IMG/VR virus record: IMGVR_UViG_2974529611_000001
Coordinates: 3,486 to 67,485 of that record
Length of the DNA stretch: 64,000 nucleotides
Source: a virus
Taxonomy: Duplodnaviria; Caudoviricetes
Direction: 5' to 3' (one strand)
A program made the translations under genes and the position numbers. Positions 37,685 through 47,245 of the stretch are shown here, in pieces. Under the pieces are notes generated by a model, which was not told the DNA's origin, did not search any database, and was given only the letters and a program-made list of their open reading frames with translations. Numbering within the stretch: position 1 is the stretch's first letter; each line of letters starts with the position of its first letter.

Positions 37685-37833
37685 TGAAGTTCGCGCAATG
37701 CACCAAATGCGGTGGGTCCTGTGATCCTGTCTTTGACATGGTTACGGTGCCCACCGCGTTTGGTGAAGTAGAGATTCCAATGTGCTGCGATTGTTACGAG
37801 GAGGTGTATGGTGAAGCGGGTAGTGAGGACTGA
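37684..37833 (+). CDS. 49-aa Cys-rich Zn-finger-like protein not in the ORF track
   Basis: GTG start overlapping the upstream TAG; CTKC...CCDC. Confidence 0.5.
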   Translation: MKFAQCTKCGGSCDPVFDMVTVPTAFGEVEIPMCCDCYEEVYGEAGSED

Positions 37834-39724
37834 GATAGTCGATGGGAAGATCGGCCTGGTCACCGAGGGGATGCACTGGGAGACCGGGCGCGACCTGGCC
37901 AAGATGATCCCCGGCGGACGTTGGAACAAGGCCAAGAAGACCTGGACGTACCCGCTGGACTACCGCATCTGCTTGGAGATTCGGAAGGCGGCCAACAAGT
38001 ACGAAGCCAATGTTGCGATTGGCCCCGAACTGAACGCCTGGGCTCTGGCAGAGAAGGCGCGATTGGCCGACCGTCCCGAGGTCGATAGCATGGAGCTTGT
38101 GGAACTGCCGAAGATTCGGGAACAGTACCCCAACATCTGGGAGGCGATCAGCAGTCGTCCGTTCCAGACTGTGAGCGTCAAGTTCATCTCTCATGGTCGC
38201 TCTGCCGTCCTGGCGGACGACCCTGGCCTGGGAAAGACGCTTCAGTCGATTGCCACCGTGGCCAACAACTACGATGAAGGCATCTTCCTCGTGGTTGCAC
38301 CGAAGTCGGCCGCCAACATCACCTGGCCCAAGGAGATCAGCCGTTGGCTCCCGATGGACACGGTTCACAACCTCGCCAACCTGACCTCGTACTCCACCGC
38401 CAATGGCTCGCGGCAGGAGTTCCTGAAGTCCACCTTCTATGCGTTGGAGACGCAGCCGGGACGGCACTGGGTGATCACCAATGACTACTGGATTCGGATT
38501 CGCGCTGAGAAGGAACGGGGCGAGTTCAAGCGAGATGCCAAGGGCAACGTCATCCAGCACTACAACCTGATCGAGCTGTTCGAGTTCGAGTGGGACGGTG
38601 TGATCGTTGACGAGTCCCACAAGGTGGTCATCGCAAACACCGCGAAGCGGTCCAAGCACACCCAGATGCGCTACGGCCTGGACAGTCTGCCCACGACAGA
38701 CAATGCGCTTCGATTGGCACTGTCTGGTACGCCGATGCGCGGCAAGGCCGAGAACATGTGGGGCACGCTGAACTGGCTGAAGCCGAAGTACTACACCAGC
38801 TACTGGAAGTGGATGGACAAGCACTTCGAGGCGTACGAGTCAGCGGATGGTTACGGCTCTGGCAAGGTGTACGAGGGTCTGAGGGATAAAGCGGCCTTCT
38901 ACGAGGATATGAAGGACCTGTTCATCCGCCGTACGAAGGCTGAGGTAGCCTCTGATCTGCCTCCAAAGATGTACGGCGGCGAGCCGCTGAACCCCGACGA
39001 CCCCGACTCACCGCATGGTGTCTGGCTCGATCTGCTGCCCAAGCAGAAGAAGCAGTATGAGCAGATGGTGAAGGAAGGGGCCACCGACGAGGGCATCATC
39101 GCCAACGGCATTCTGTCCGAATGGACTCGTCTCAAGCAGTTCGCTGGGGCAGTCTGCGAGGTCAGGGCAGATGGTTCAGTCGCCGCAACCACCGAATCCA
39201 ACAAGATCGAGTGGATCGAAGAGTTCCTGGATGACCGAGGCATCTTGGATGACTCTGGCGAGAACAAGGTTATCATCGCCTCCCAGTTCTCGAAGATGGT
39301 AGACGCCATCGGCGAGCGACTGGACAAGCTGAAGGTTCCGTACTTCAAGCTGACTGGTGGCACGAAGACCAACGAACGAGTCGCCATGGCGGATCGGTTC
39401 CAGGAGCCTGGTGGACCGAAGGTGTTCTTGCTGACCACGACCGCAGGTGGCGTCTCGCTGACCCTGGACGCGGCAGATGACGTGGTCATCTGTGACGAGA
39501 CCTGGGTTCCGGATGACCAGTTGCAGGTCGAGGATCGTGCTCACCGTCTGAGCAGAACAGACCACAACGTCACTATCTGGTACCTTCGCAGTCGGGGTAC
39601 AATTGAAGAGGCTATCGCCGCTGTGACCACTGGACGTATGGATGAGACCCTCGGCGTCATGGACGAGTCCCGTGGCGTCGAAATCAAGCGCATTGCACTC
39701 AAGCATGAGGAGATTACCAAATGA
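37808..39724 (+). CDS. SNF2-family (SF2) DNA helicase
   Basis: DDPGLGKT, DESH, LSGTP, GGVSLTL and QVEDRAHR motifs. Confidence 0.9.
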   Translation: MVKRVVRTEIVDGKIGLVTEGMHWETGRDLAKMIPGGRWNKAKKTWTYPLDYRICLEIRKAANKYEANVAIGPELNAWALAEKARLADRPEVDSMELVELPKIREQYPNIWEAISSRPFQTVSVKFISHGRSAVLADDPGLGKTLQSIATVANNYDEGIFLVVAPKSAANITWPKEISRWLPMDTVHNLANLTSYSTANGSRQEFLKSTFYALETQPGRHWVITNDYWIRIRAEKERGEFKRDAKGNVIQHYNLIELFEFEWDGVIVDESHKVVIANTAKRSKHTQMRYGLDSLPTTDNALRLALSGTPMRGKAENMWGTLNWLKPKYYTSYWKWMDKHFEAYESADGYGSGKVYEGLRDKAAFYEDMKDLFIRRTKAEVASDLPPKMYGGEPLNPDDPDSPHGVWLDLLPKQKKQYEQMVKEGATDEGIIANGILSEWTRLKQFAGAVCEVRADGSVAATTESNKIEWIEEFLDDRGILDDSGENKVIIASQFSKMVDAIGERLDKLKVPYFKLTGGTKTNERVAMADRFQEPGGPKVFLLTTTAGGVSLTLDAADDVVICDETWVPDDQLQVEDRAHRLSRTDHNVTIWYLRSRGTIEEAIAAVTTGRMDETLGVMDESRGVEIKRIALKHEEITK

Positions 39725-39888
39725 TCGACGCCAACATTGAACCTGACCGTTGCCTGATCTGCGGCGAGTTCATGGACTACTGCCTGGGGCATGGCCCCGA
39801 CACCGAGCTGGACTTTTGGGACTCCCACGAGGCCGGGGACCACACCCGGTGCAACAAGTTGGCCTGTGAGGAGGCGAACCATGCTTGA
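39721..39888 (+). CDS. 55-aa Cys/His-rich protein not in the ORF track
   Basis: GGAGA RBS; CLIC...YCLGHG...HTRC...C; overlaps both neighbours. Confidence 0.6.
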   Translation: MIDANIEPDRCLICGEFMDYCLGHGPDTELDFWDSHEAGDHTRCNKLACEEANHA

Positions 39889-40141
39889 GTGGTTCATGGC
39901 CCTCGGCTTCTCCGCCACAGGATTCATTGGCGGGTGGTGCCTTGGCTATGCCATGAAGATGGATAAGATCAAGGAGCAGATGGTACAGGAGTACCACGAG
40001 GAGCAGGAGCACCGAAAGAGGCTTCAGCTGGAGCGGAATGGTCGCAACGTTCCCAAGCGGCCTGATGCCGCTCCTGGGGCATCCCGCGTCCATTCAGTCA
40101 AGACTGGCCGCAACACGAAGCCGAGAGGAGGTGGAAGATGA
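39881..40141 (+). CDS. Single-TM membrane protein
   Basis: GAGGAGG RBS; MLEWFMALGFSATGFIGGWCLGY. Confidence 0.6.
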   Translation: MLEWFMALGFSATGFIGGWCLGYAMKMDKIKEQMVQEYHEEQEHRKRLQLERNGRNVPKRPDAAPGASRVHSVKTGRNTKPRGGGR

Positions 40142-40299
40142 GCCAAGAGACCCGACGGCAGAAGGCACTCACCGTGAAGTGCCCCAACTGTGACTCGGAA
40201 CCATGGGAGCGATGCACTCAGCCGACTGATACGGCCCGTAAGCATGTCCGATGGGTTCACCTGGCGCGTGAACACGCGGCTATTGAGGGGCGCAAGTAG
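40138..40299 (+). CDS. 53-aa Zn-finger protein (CPxC...C...H..R), similar to 59640..59882
   Basis: GGAGG RBS; CPNCDSEPWERC...VHLAR. Confidence 0.6.
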   Translation: MSQETRRQKALTVKCPNCDSEPWERCTQPTDTARKHVRWVHLAREHAAIEGRK

Positions 40300-40342
40300 G
40301 TTCAGGCTCAGAAAACTTTTACCTACTTTTTAGCTAGAAACG

Positions 40343-40371
40343 TTGCGTTCTCTACCGTCATCCGGTAGAGT
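40343..40371 (+). promoter_or_regulatory. Strong sigmaA-type promoter TTGCGT-17-TAGAGT
   Basis: Canonical hexamers and spacing, with an AT-rich upstream element. Confidence 0.75.
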
Positions 40372-40430
40372 CGAAGACGTACCGCAGGAATGACCCCGAA
40401 GGGGTCACCATCAACCGAAGGAATGAAGCA

Positions 40431-40910
40431 ATGGCAGAAGAGACCGTGGCCGTCGACACCGAGGCCCAGGAGTCCGAGAAGGTCACCAAGGAGCGCACCC
40501 CGGTGAACCCCTTCGACAAGGAGCCCAGCGCGACCCACCAGTCGCTCGCCAAGTACGTCAGCGAGAACTCGCCGGTGGAGCTCACCCCCGAGCAGGCCCA
40601 GGCCGTCCTGGTGCTGCACGGCCAGTGGCAGGCCAGCCCGGAGCGCAAGGCTGAGCGCGAGGCTGAGAAGGCCGAGAAGGCCAAGGCAGCCGAGGCGGCC
40701 AAGGCCGAGCGTGAGCGCAAGGCCGCTGAGCGGAAGGCCGAGAACGAGCGCAAGGCCGCTGAGAAGAAGGCCAAGGAGGCAGCCAAGGCTGCGGAGGCCA
40801 ACGACGACGACAGCGACCTGGACGCCATCGACAACTCGGACGACGACACCGAGACCGAGGCACCCAAGCCGCGTCGTCGGCGCAAGGCACCGGCGACCGT
40901 CGACGCCTGA
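40431..40910 (+). CDS. Highly expressed Ala/Glu/Lys-rich coiled-coil protein
   Basis: Extreme C/G third-position bias, its own promoter and a downstream hairpin (CCCTGCCG...CGGCAGGG). Confidence 0.75.
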   Translation: MAEETVAVDTEAQESEKVTKERTPVNPFDKEPSATHQSLAKYVSENSPVELTPEQAQAVLVLHGQWQASPERKAEREAEKAEKAKAAEAAKAERERKAAERKAENERKAAEKKAKEAAKAAEANDDDSDLDAIDNSDDDTETEAPKPRRRRKAPATVDA

Positions 40911-41052
40911 TCAACCACGGACTCCCTGCCGTATGGATCGCGGCAGGGGGTTCTGGTGGAGGCTGGGAAAACCGAACCGCCAGTGACGTGCCTAGCCTCC
41001 TCCAGAGCCTTTAACAACATGAGAACGTAGAACAGAGAACAGGACCACTCGG

Positions 41053-42216
41053 ATGGCAGAACTCCAGATGCTTCGCTCTTCGGAGCGGGGCCAATTCAAG
41101 AAGTGCCCGCAGTCATGGTGGTGGGGCTACGTCGAAGGTCTTCGACTGGCAGGCTCTGAGTCCATCCCGCTGTGGTTCGGCACCGGACTCCATCTCGTGT
41201 GGGCCGAATACTACATCCCAGGTTCCAAGCGGGGACGCAACCCGCACGAGACCTGGGATGAGTACTGTGGCGAGGATAACTTCGACGTGGTGAAGATCAT
41301 CACGGACACCGAGGATGGGCACGAAGTGTTCACCGACGCCAAGGAACTCGGCCACATCATGATTGACGAGTACCTGGCCGAGTACAAGGGTGACCCCAAC
41401 TGGTACGTCGTTGCACCGGAGCAGCGCATCAGGGCTATCCTGCCCCACCCCAAGGACCTTACCCGACCGTACGTGGACCTTCGTGGTACCATCGACCTCG
41501 TGGTTCGGGACGAGGCGAAGAATGGCCAGCTGGACCTCGTGGATCACAAGCACATGGCCAAGCTGTCCATTGCGCATCTTCCGATGGATGAGCAGCTGGG
41601 TGGCTACACGACCGTGGCGGAACATGCGCTGAGGTCTGCCGGGTTGATCTCGAAGACCGACACCATCGACACGATCATCTACAATGTCCTGGTGAAGGCG
41701 AAGCCTGATACCCGACCGCGTGATCCTCAGGGCCGCTACCGCAACCAGCCCATCAAGAAGGACTACTTGGAGGCCCTAGTTGCCGAGTTGGAGTACGACG
41801 AGGACGAGCTGAAGGCTCTCCACAAGATGACCCTACCCAAGCTGCAAGCTGAGGCTCAGACCAACGGGGTCAAGGTCTTCGGCGAGATCAGCAAGCGGCA
41901 GGGCACCCGGCACTTCCACCGAGAGGAAGTGTCCCTGACCAAGAAGCGGAAGCGCCGCCAGATTCAGCGCATTGGCGAGGACATGTTTGCCATGAACGCC
42001 GTGCGGAATGGCAAGCTGCCCATCATGAAGTCGCCCGGTGAGCACTGCTCCTGGTGCCAGTTCCGTGAACTCTGCGAGCTGGATGAGTCGGGCGGCGACA
42101 CCGACGAGTTCAAGAAGATGGTCTTCAACCGTGAAGACCCGTACGCCGACCATCGGGAAGGCGCTGAGAACAGCAAGACCACGGTCCTGCTCAAGAGAAA
42201 GACAGGGGTGAGTTGA
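41053..42216 (+). CDS. Cas4/RecB-like PD-(D/E)xK exonuclease
   Basis: N-terminal FKKCP, GTIDLV...LVDHK core and C-terminal HCSWCQFRELC. Confidence 0.85.
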   Translation: MAELQMLRSSERGQFKKCPQSWWWGYVEGLRLAGSESIPLWFGTGLHLVWAEYYIPGSKRGRNPHETWDEYCGEDNFDVVKIITDTEDGHEVFTDAKELGHIMIDEYLAEYKGDPNWYVVAPEQRIRAILPHPKDLTRPYVDLRGTIDLVVRDEAKNGQLDLVDHKHMAKLSIAHLPMDEQLGGYTTVAEHALRSAGLISKTDTIDTIIYNVLVKAKPDTRPRDPQGRYRNQPIKKDYLEALVAELEYDEDELKALHKMTLPKLQAEAQTNGVKVFGEISKRQGTRHFHREEVSLTKKRKRRQIQRIGEDMFAMNAVRNGKLPIMKSPGEHCSWCQFRELCELDESGGDTDEFKKMVFNREDPYADHREGAENSKTTVLLKRKTGVS

Positions 42217-42217
42217 T

Positions 42218-42412
42218 GTGGCGCGTTCCCTCAACACCAAGGGCCGGGAGGAGCTAGCACTGGTCCGGAAGCGGGTGATTCGGCAAGAAGCGTTGGGCCG
42301 AATCTCAGCGTACGACGCCCGCGTTCTCCTGGACAAGATCAACGAACTCGACGCACTGATCATCAAGACCAACGAGCAAGACCAACCAGACAAGGAGACA
42401 TTCAGTGTCTAA
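42218..42412 (+). CDS. Hypothetical protein
   Basis: 64 aa, overlaps the next start. Confidence 0.6.
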   Translation: MARSLNTKGREELALVRKRVIRQEALGRISAYDARVLLDKINELDALIIKTNEQDQPDKETFSV

Positions 42413-43475
42413 CCTCCCAGCTGACATTGTTGACCTTCAGGAGTTCGATGACTCCATCAACCTCGGCATCTACGGACCATCCGGTGTCGGCAAGACCGTC
42501 CTGGCCGGTTCGGATGACAACGTCCTATTCCTCGCTGTGGAGAAGGGCACCGTTTCCGCCAAGCGGCAGGGGTCAAAGGCCAAGGTGTGGCCGATCAAGC
42601 AGTGGAACGATCTGGAGAAGGCGTACAAGTGGCTCGAAGCCAACCCCGACGTCTTCCAGTGGGTCGTCCTCGACTCGGTGACCGAGATGCAGCAGATGGC
42701 CATCCGTGAGATTCTGGCCAAGGCCCACGCCGAGAATGGCAGCCGGGACCTCGACATTCCGGCGATCCAGGACCACCAGAAGTGGCAGAACATCTACAAG
42801 CGGTTCATCAACTACTTCGTGGAGCTGCCCATCGACACCGTGTTCCTGTTCCTGGTTCGCACCGCCGTGGACGAGGACAAGAACGAGTTCCTCACGCCTG
42901 ACATCCAGGGCAAGAACTACCAGCTGTCCCAGTACACCTGCGGCCAGATGAGCGCCTACGGCTACATGTCCAACCGCAAGGTTGCCATGAAGAACGAGAA
43001 GGGCGAGATTCTGGTCGACACTGGCGGAAAGCGCGTCCCCCAGATCATCCGTCGCATCACCTGGATGGACACCGGAACGATCCGTGGCAAGGATCGCTAC
43101 AACATCCTGGAGCCGTACACCGAGGACCTGACCCTCAAGGACATTCGCATGCTGATCGAGGGCGAGGTCACCCGAGAGGACCTGGGTCAGTTCATCCGTC
43201 CGAAGGTCGTCGGCACCAAGGAAGAACTGCTGGCCCAGAAGAAGGCCGAGAAGGCTAAGGCCAACTCGAAGCCCAATCGTCGCAAGGCCGAGCAGGAGGC
43301 CAAGGCAGAAGAGGTGGAGACCGAGGCTGAGGCTGATGACGACGCCGCTGAGGTCGAGACGGCCAAGGCCGATGAGAAGGCCCACAAGGACGAGAAGGCC
43401 GACGAGTCCAAGGACACCGAATCGGATGATGAGTTCGACTTCGAGATGGACGGGGACTTCGACTTCAGCGAGTGA
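42405..43475 (+). CDS. AAA ATPase, Sak4/RecA-like recombination protein
   Basis: YGPSGVGKT Walker A, VVLDSVTE Walker B, acidic tail. Confidence 0.8.
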   Translation: MSNLPADIVDLQEFDDSINLGIYGPSGVGKTVLAGSDDNVLFLAVEKGTVSAKRQGSKAKVWPIKQWNDLEKAYKWLEANPDVFQWVVLDSVTEMQQMAIREILAKAHAENGSRDLDIPAIQDHQKWQNIYKRFINYFVELPIDTVFLFLVRTAVDEDKNEFLTPDIQGKNYQLSQYTCGQMSAYGYMSNRKVAMKNEKGEILVDTGGKRVPQIIRRITWMDTGTIRGKDRYNILEPYTEDLTLKDIRMLIEGEVTREDLGQFIRPKVVGTKEELLAQKKAEKAKANSKPNRRKAEQEAKAEEVETEAEADDDAAEVETAKADEKAHKDEKADESKDTESDDEFDFEMDGDFDFSE

Positions 43476-43549
43476 CAACCCAAGACTACAACTGAATATC
43501 GTCTGTACCTGAACATGTCAACGAAGTAACTGAACGAAACGAGAACACA

Positions 43550-44200
43550 ATGCCCAAGTTCAAGGGTGGATTCGGCATCGACGACGTCAATGAGGCGATC
43601 AACGCCGATGCCGGTGATGCGCAGGTAGGTTACACCGGAGAAGTCCCTCCCAAGGGGGTCTACCGGGGTCGCCTCAAGCGCATGGAGCTGACGAAGACCG
43701 GGGAGCGTTCCAACAACCCCGGTACTCCGATGCTCCGCATGCTGGTGGAGATCGACGAGCCCAAGGGCTCGAAGAAGAGCCAGTACAACGGATATGGCAT
43801 CTGGAACAACCAGACCATCACCAAGAAGTCGACCGGCTTCGTCAACCAGGTTCTGGAGGCCCTGGTCGGGGGCAACGAGCAGAAGGCCAAGGCCGTCAAG
43901 ACCTGGTTCTGGAAGGAGCAGTTGGTCACCGACGAACCCGAAGGTGGGCACATTCTCGCCATCGGCAAGTTCAAGATCAACTCTCCCGAGGCTGACATCG
44001 CCGTCATCGTGGACACGAAGAACAAGCGCACCAACGCCGAGTACCCCGACCCCGGTCTGGAGATCAAGCGGTGGCTGGTTCCGAGTGGCGACTCCGACGA
44101 CGATGACTCGGTGGACGAGGTTGATGACGACCTCGACGCCGACGAGTTGGATGACGAGGACGAGCTGGGTGACGACGACGACCTGGAGGCTGGGTTCTGA
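43550..44200 (+). CDS. ssDNA-binding protein (DUF669-like, putative)
   Basis: VPPKGVYRGRL, OB-like pattern, strongly acidic tail ending EAGF; follows the exonuclease and ATPase. Confidence 0.6.
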   Translation: MPKFKGGFGIDDVNEAINADAGDAQVGYTGEVPPKGVYRGRLKRMELTKTGERSNNPGTPMLRMLVEIDEPKGSKKSQYNGYGIWNNQTITKKSTGFVNQVLEALVGGNEQKAKAVKTWFWKEQLVTDEPEGGHILAIGKFKINSPEADIAVIVDTKNKRTNAEYPDPGLEIKRWLVPSGDSDDDDSVDEVDDDLDADELDDEDELGDDDDLEAGF

Positions 44201-44247
44201 CCAGTTCGGCGTAACCCCCGCTGGTTGGTCTATTTAGACCGTATCTG

Positions 44248-44293
44248 AGGATGACGGGGTCGGTTCGGTATACCGGATCGGCCCCGTCATCCT
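44248..44293 (+). repeat. 46-bp near-perfect palindrome centred on GTATAC
   Basis: 12-bp perfect outer arms; three inner mismatches, all G-U compatible. Confidence 0.85.
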
Positions 44294-44378
44294 GCTTCTA
44301 GGCCGCGTGCCGGTACCGTATACGCGGGTCGGATAGGGTAGAATAATCGGAGTAGAGGAACCCCGAGAGGACAACAAA

Positions 44379-45185
44379 GTGAAAGTATGCGTGATTGGCT
44401 GTGGGCCTACGGGACTCTTGGCATCAGCCGCCGCAATGGAGATGGGACACAAGGTTGAAATCTGGTCCCAGCCGAAGAAGTCAGAACTCTTCGGTGCCCA
44501 GTACCTGCACTGCCAACCGCCGCTCGTCCAGGGCGTTCCTGAGTTCACCGTGAACTACAAGACCTTGGGTGGGGCTGAGGCATATCGGAAGAAGGTCTAT
44601 GGCCCCAGCTGGGATGGAACGGTCAGCCCCGAGGACTTCCAAGAGCCGCATCAGGGTTGGGACATTCGCTTCACCTACGAGATGCTTTGGTCGCTGTTCG
44701 AGGGCAGCATCCATCCGTTCACCATCTCGAACTTCGATGAGGCGAACATGCTGATCGACTTTGACCAGTACGATGTGATCTTCAGCTCGGTGCCTCGCAC
44801 CGTGTGGAAGATGGGCAATGAGGTATTCCTCAGCCAGGACGTGTTGGCAGTCGGCGACACCACCTGGCGGAAGCTGGACGTACCGATCCCACCAAACACC
44901 GTGATCTGCAACGGGCTCAACCGCCCCTCTTGGTACCGAGGTTCACACATCGACGGGTTCAAGACGCTCGAATGGCCGCTGCGTGACAAGTTCGATCGAG
45001 CAATCAAGCCACCCATCCCTGGCGTCGTCAAGGTCAAGAAGCCTTTGGCCTACCGACCTGATCCGAACAAGCCGAACCCGGCTGACCAGAGGTTCCATCA
45101 CATCGGAAGGTATGGAGAGTGGAAGAAGGGCGTTCTGACCAGCGACGCTATCGCCATCGTGAGGGAAGTGTTGGGTGATGGGTAA
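44379..45185 (+). CDS. FAD-dependent oxidoreductase (UDP-galactopyranose mutase-like architecture)
   Basis: VCVIGCGPTGL Rossmann motif, FGAQYLH, YDVIFSSVP and HIGRYGEW. Confidence 0.75.
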   Translation: MKVCVIGCGPTGLLASAAAMEMGHKVEIWSQPKKSELFGAQYLHCQPPLVQGVPEFTVNYKTLGGAEAYRKKVYGPSWDGTVSPEDFQEPHQGWDIRFTYEMLWSLFEGSIHPFTISNFDEANMLIDFDQYDVIFSSVPRTVWKMGNEVFLSQDVLAVGDTTWRKLDVPIPPNTVICNGLNRPSWYRGSHIDGFKTLEWPLRDKFDRAIKPPIPGVVKVKKPLAYRPDPNKPNPADQRFHHIGRYGEWKKGVLTSDAIAIVREVLGDG

Positions 45186-45876
45186 CAATGGATCTCAGGC
45201 GTTCGACAACGGCAAGCCGATCATCGCGCTCGACATTGATGGAACCCTCGGCGACTATCATGGACATTTCCTTCGGTTCGCCGAAGCCTGGTATGGACGG
45301 CCTATGCCTGATCCCAGTGAGATTAATCCTGGGCTCCCGCTGCACAAGTTCATGCAGACGAGCAAGGCCACATATCGGCAATGCAAACTTGCATACCGAC
45401 AAGGTGGTCTCAAAAGAAGTATGCCTGCCTACCCAGGAGCTGCTGGACTTACTCGATATATCCGCCAGAGTCTCGGTGCAGAGGTTTGGATCTGTACTAC
45501 CAGACCTTATCTACGTCTGGACAACATCGACCCAGACACCCGTCACTGGCTCCGTCGGAACAATATCCAATATGATGGCGTCGTGTGGGGGCCGCACAAA
45601 TACCGTGACCTGGCCAAGAGGGTTGGAACGGATCGCATTGTGGCGGTACTGGATGATGAGCTTGGCCTTGTCAAGCAAGCTAGAGAGGTTGGGGTTGAAA
45701 ACGTCTACCTCAGAGACCAACCGTACAATATTTGGTCGGATGCTCTCGGTAGGCCCAATCGCCGAATCATGAAGAAAGATGGGGTCATCCGGATTGACGG
45801 AAACTATGACCGGGGATTGATTCAGAAGTACCTCAGATGGGACGTGGAAGGATGGCACCAAGCAAGAAGCTTGTAG
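45175..45876 (+). CDS. HAD-superfamily phosphatase (5'(3')-deoxyribonucleotidase-like)
   Basis: IALDIDGT, ICTTRP and VLDD motifs. Confidence 0.8.
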   Translation: MMGNNGSQAFDNGKPIIALDIDGTLGDYHGHFLRFAEAWYGRPMPDPSEINPGLPLHKFMQTSKATYRQCKLAYRQGGLKRSMPAYPGAAGLTRYIRQSLGAEVWICTTRPYLRLDNIDPDTRHWLRRNNIQYDGVVWGPHKYRDLAKRVGTDRIVAVLDDELGLVKQAREVGVENVYLRDQPYNIWSDALGRPNRRIMKKDGVIRIDGNYDRGLIQKYLRWDVEGWHQARSL

Positions 45877-46064
45877 ATGAGCTGGCCAACAGCAGCAGTG
45901 GAAAGACACACTGGGCCAAGGACGACGAAGGATCGCCACTCTGTGGCACTTCACTGTGGGGCAGCCTATCAGGAACCATTGATGACCCCGACTACATCAA
46001 CTGCGTGACCTGCAAGACCTGCCTACGAATGATCAAGAAGCGAAAGGAAGAACAACATGGCTGA
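45852..46064 (+). CDS. Small Cys/His protein
   Basis: KTHW...PLCG...VTCKTC. Confidence 0.6.
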   Translation: MAPSKKLVDELANSSSGKTHWAKDDEGSPLCGTSLWGSLSGTIDDPDYINCVTCKTCLRMIKKRKEEQHG

Positions 46065-46515
46065 CGCAATTGTGCTCACCGTCGATTACTACCCTGATCG
46101 GCTGAGCAATCAGGGGCAAGAGATCATGTACGAGATCGCCCCGAAGGTTCTGGAGAACTTCGCTCGGAAGAACGCGGACTACGGCGACACCAGTTTCGAC
46201 CTGGGCATCGCTGGGCAGTACGCCGAACTGTGGCGGAAGGTCGGCAAGCTCAAGGGGCCGATGTGGGAAGGCAAGAGCCTTGAGTTCGAGCAGATGGACG
46301 AGATTCTGCAAGACCTGATCGGTCACTGCCTGCTGTCCCTGTACTTCCTGCGCACCCAGGAGGTAGAGTGCATCACGCCGGTCGCTGCCAAAGTGCTCAA
46401 TTCAGCAATGGGCAATCAACTTCGACACTTACCTGAGGAAGAATGTGGCACCTACTGCAACATCGACGAATCAGGGCGCTGCGAGAATCCTGATCACTAC
46501 GAATTGAAGGCATGA
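46057..46515 (+). CDS. Nmad1/DUF1599-like all-alpha nucleotide pyrophosphohydrolase-fold protein
   Basis: FARKNADYG...ELWRKVGKL...EILQDLIGHCLL pattern. Confidence 0.65.
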   Translation: MADAIVLTVDYYPDRLSNQGQEIMYEIAPKVLENFARKNADYGDTSFDLGIAGQYAELWRKVGKLKGPMWEGKSLEFEQMDEILQDLIGHCLLSLYFLRTQEVECITPVAAKVLNSAMGNQLRHLPEEECGTYCNIDESGRCENPDHYELKA

Positions 46516-46516
46516 G

Positions 46517-47245
46517 ATGAGTGACGAGTTCGGTTGCGACACCGGCGTCCATGGACGCAAAGAGAACAACGACAAGGGCTGGGTCGCCAAGTACGATGCC
46601 CGTGAGAACCCCCAGATGGATGAGCCGCTGAACTTCGCACTGTTTGGCCTAGCTCGCCAGCAGGAGTTCCTGGACATGCAGTGGCGCGAAGTCGACTGGG
46701 ACCTTCCCGTTCTGGACCTCGGACCGGGAAACAAGATCATCCCCGGTGCGGTCCGGTGCGAGTACCCTGAGTACAACTTTGAGTCACCAGACTTCCTGCC
46801 CACGGCTCAGACGTCTACATCATTCAAGTTCCTCAGCTCGGATGACGTTCTGGATGGGAAGTTCGGGTACACTGACGCCTACTCCATGTACCGATGCACG
46901 TTGCCCTACCCGGACAACAGCGTGGGTGGCATCTTCGCGGTCAACATCCTCGAACACCTCTGGGACCCGAGGCCGATCATGGAGGAGTGCGCGAGGGTCT
47001 TGGCACCGGGTTGCCCGCTGAATATCGTTGTGCCGCATGCACATTCGGTGATCTACTCGCAGGACCTGGACCACAAGAAGGAGTTCGTTCTGGACTCCTT
47101 CAAGAACTGGCTCAACAACCAGTACTGGGGTCCGGACCGGACCGCGTTGAGGCTGCGGGTCGGCACCCTGTTCAAGTTTTCCATCAAGGAGGGCAACGAG
47201 AACATCCAGTGCCAGCTCGTGAAGAAGTTCGATTCGGAGGAGTGA
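46517..47245 (+). CDS. Class I SAM-dependent methyltransferase (type 11-like)
   Basis: VLDLGPG, LPYPDNSV, ILEHL, ECARVLAPG and QDLDH motifs. Confidence 0.8.
   Translation: MSDEFGCDTGVHGRKENNDKGWVAKYDARENPQMDEPLNFALFGLARQQEFLDMQWREVDWDLPVLDLGPGNKIIPGAVRCEYPEYNFESPDFLPTAQTSTSFKFLSSDDVLDGKFGYTDAYSMYRCTLPYPDNSVGGIFAVNILEHLWDPRPIMEECARVLAPGCPLNIVVPHAHSVIYSQDLDHKKEFVLDSFKNWLNNQYWGPDRTALRLRVGTLFKFSIKEGNENIQCQLVKKFDSEE

Noticed and set aside
41713-41745. RDPQGRY in the exonuclease as a member of the RDxxGxF motif family
   Set aside because: It is a short motif in an unrelated enzyme and could arise by chance. It is also a caution that the motif alone is weak evidence.
41053-42216. Cas4-like gene as evidence of a CRISPR system
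   Set aside because: No repeat-spacer array or other cas gene was seen. Solo Cas4-like exonucleases beside Sak4 and SSB genes are standard phage recombination modules.
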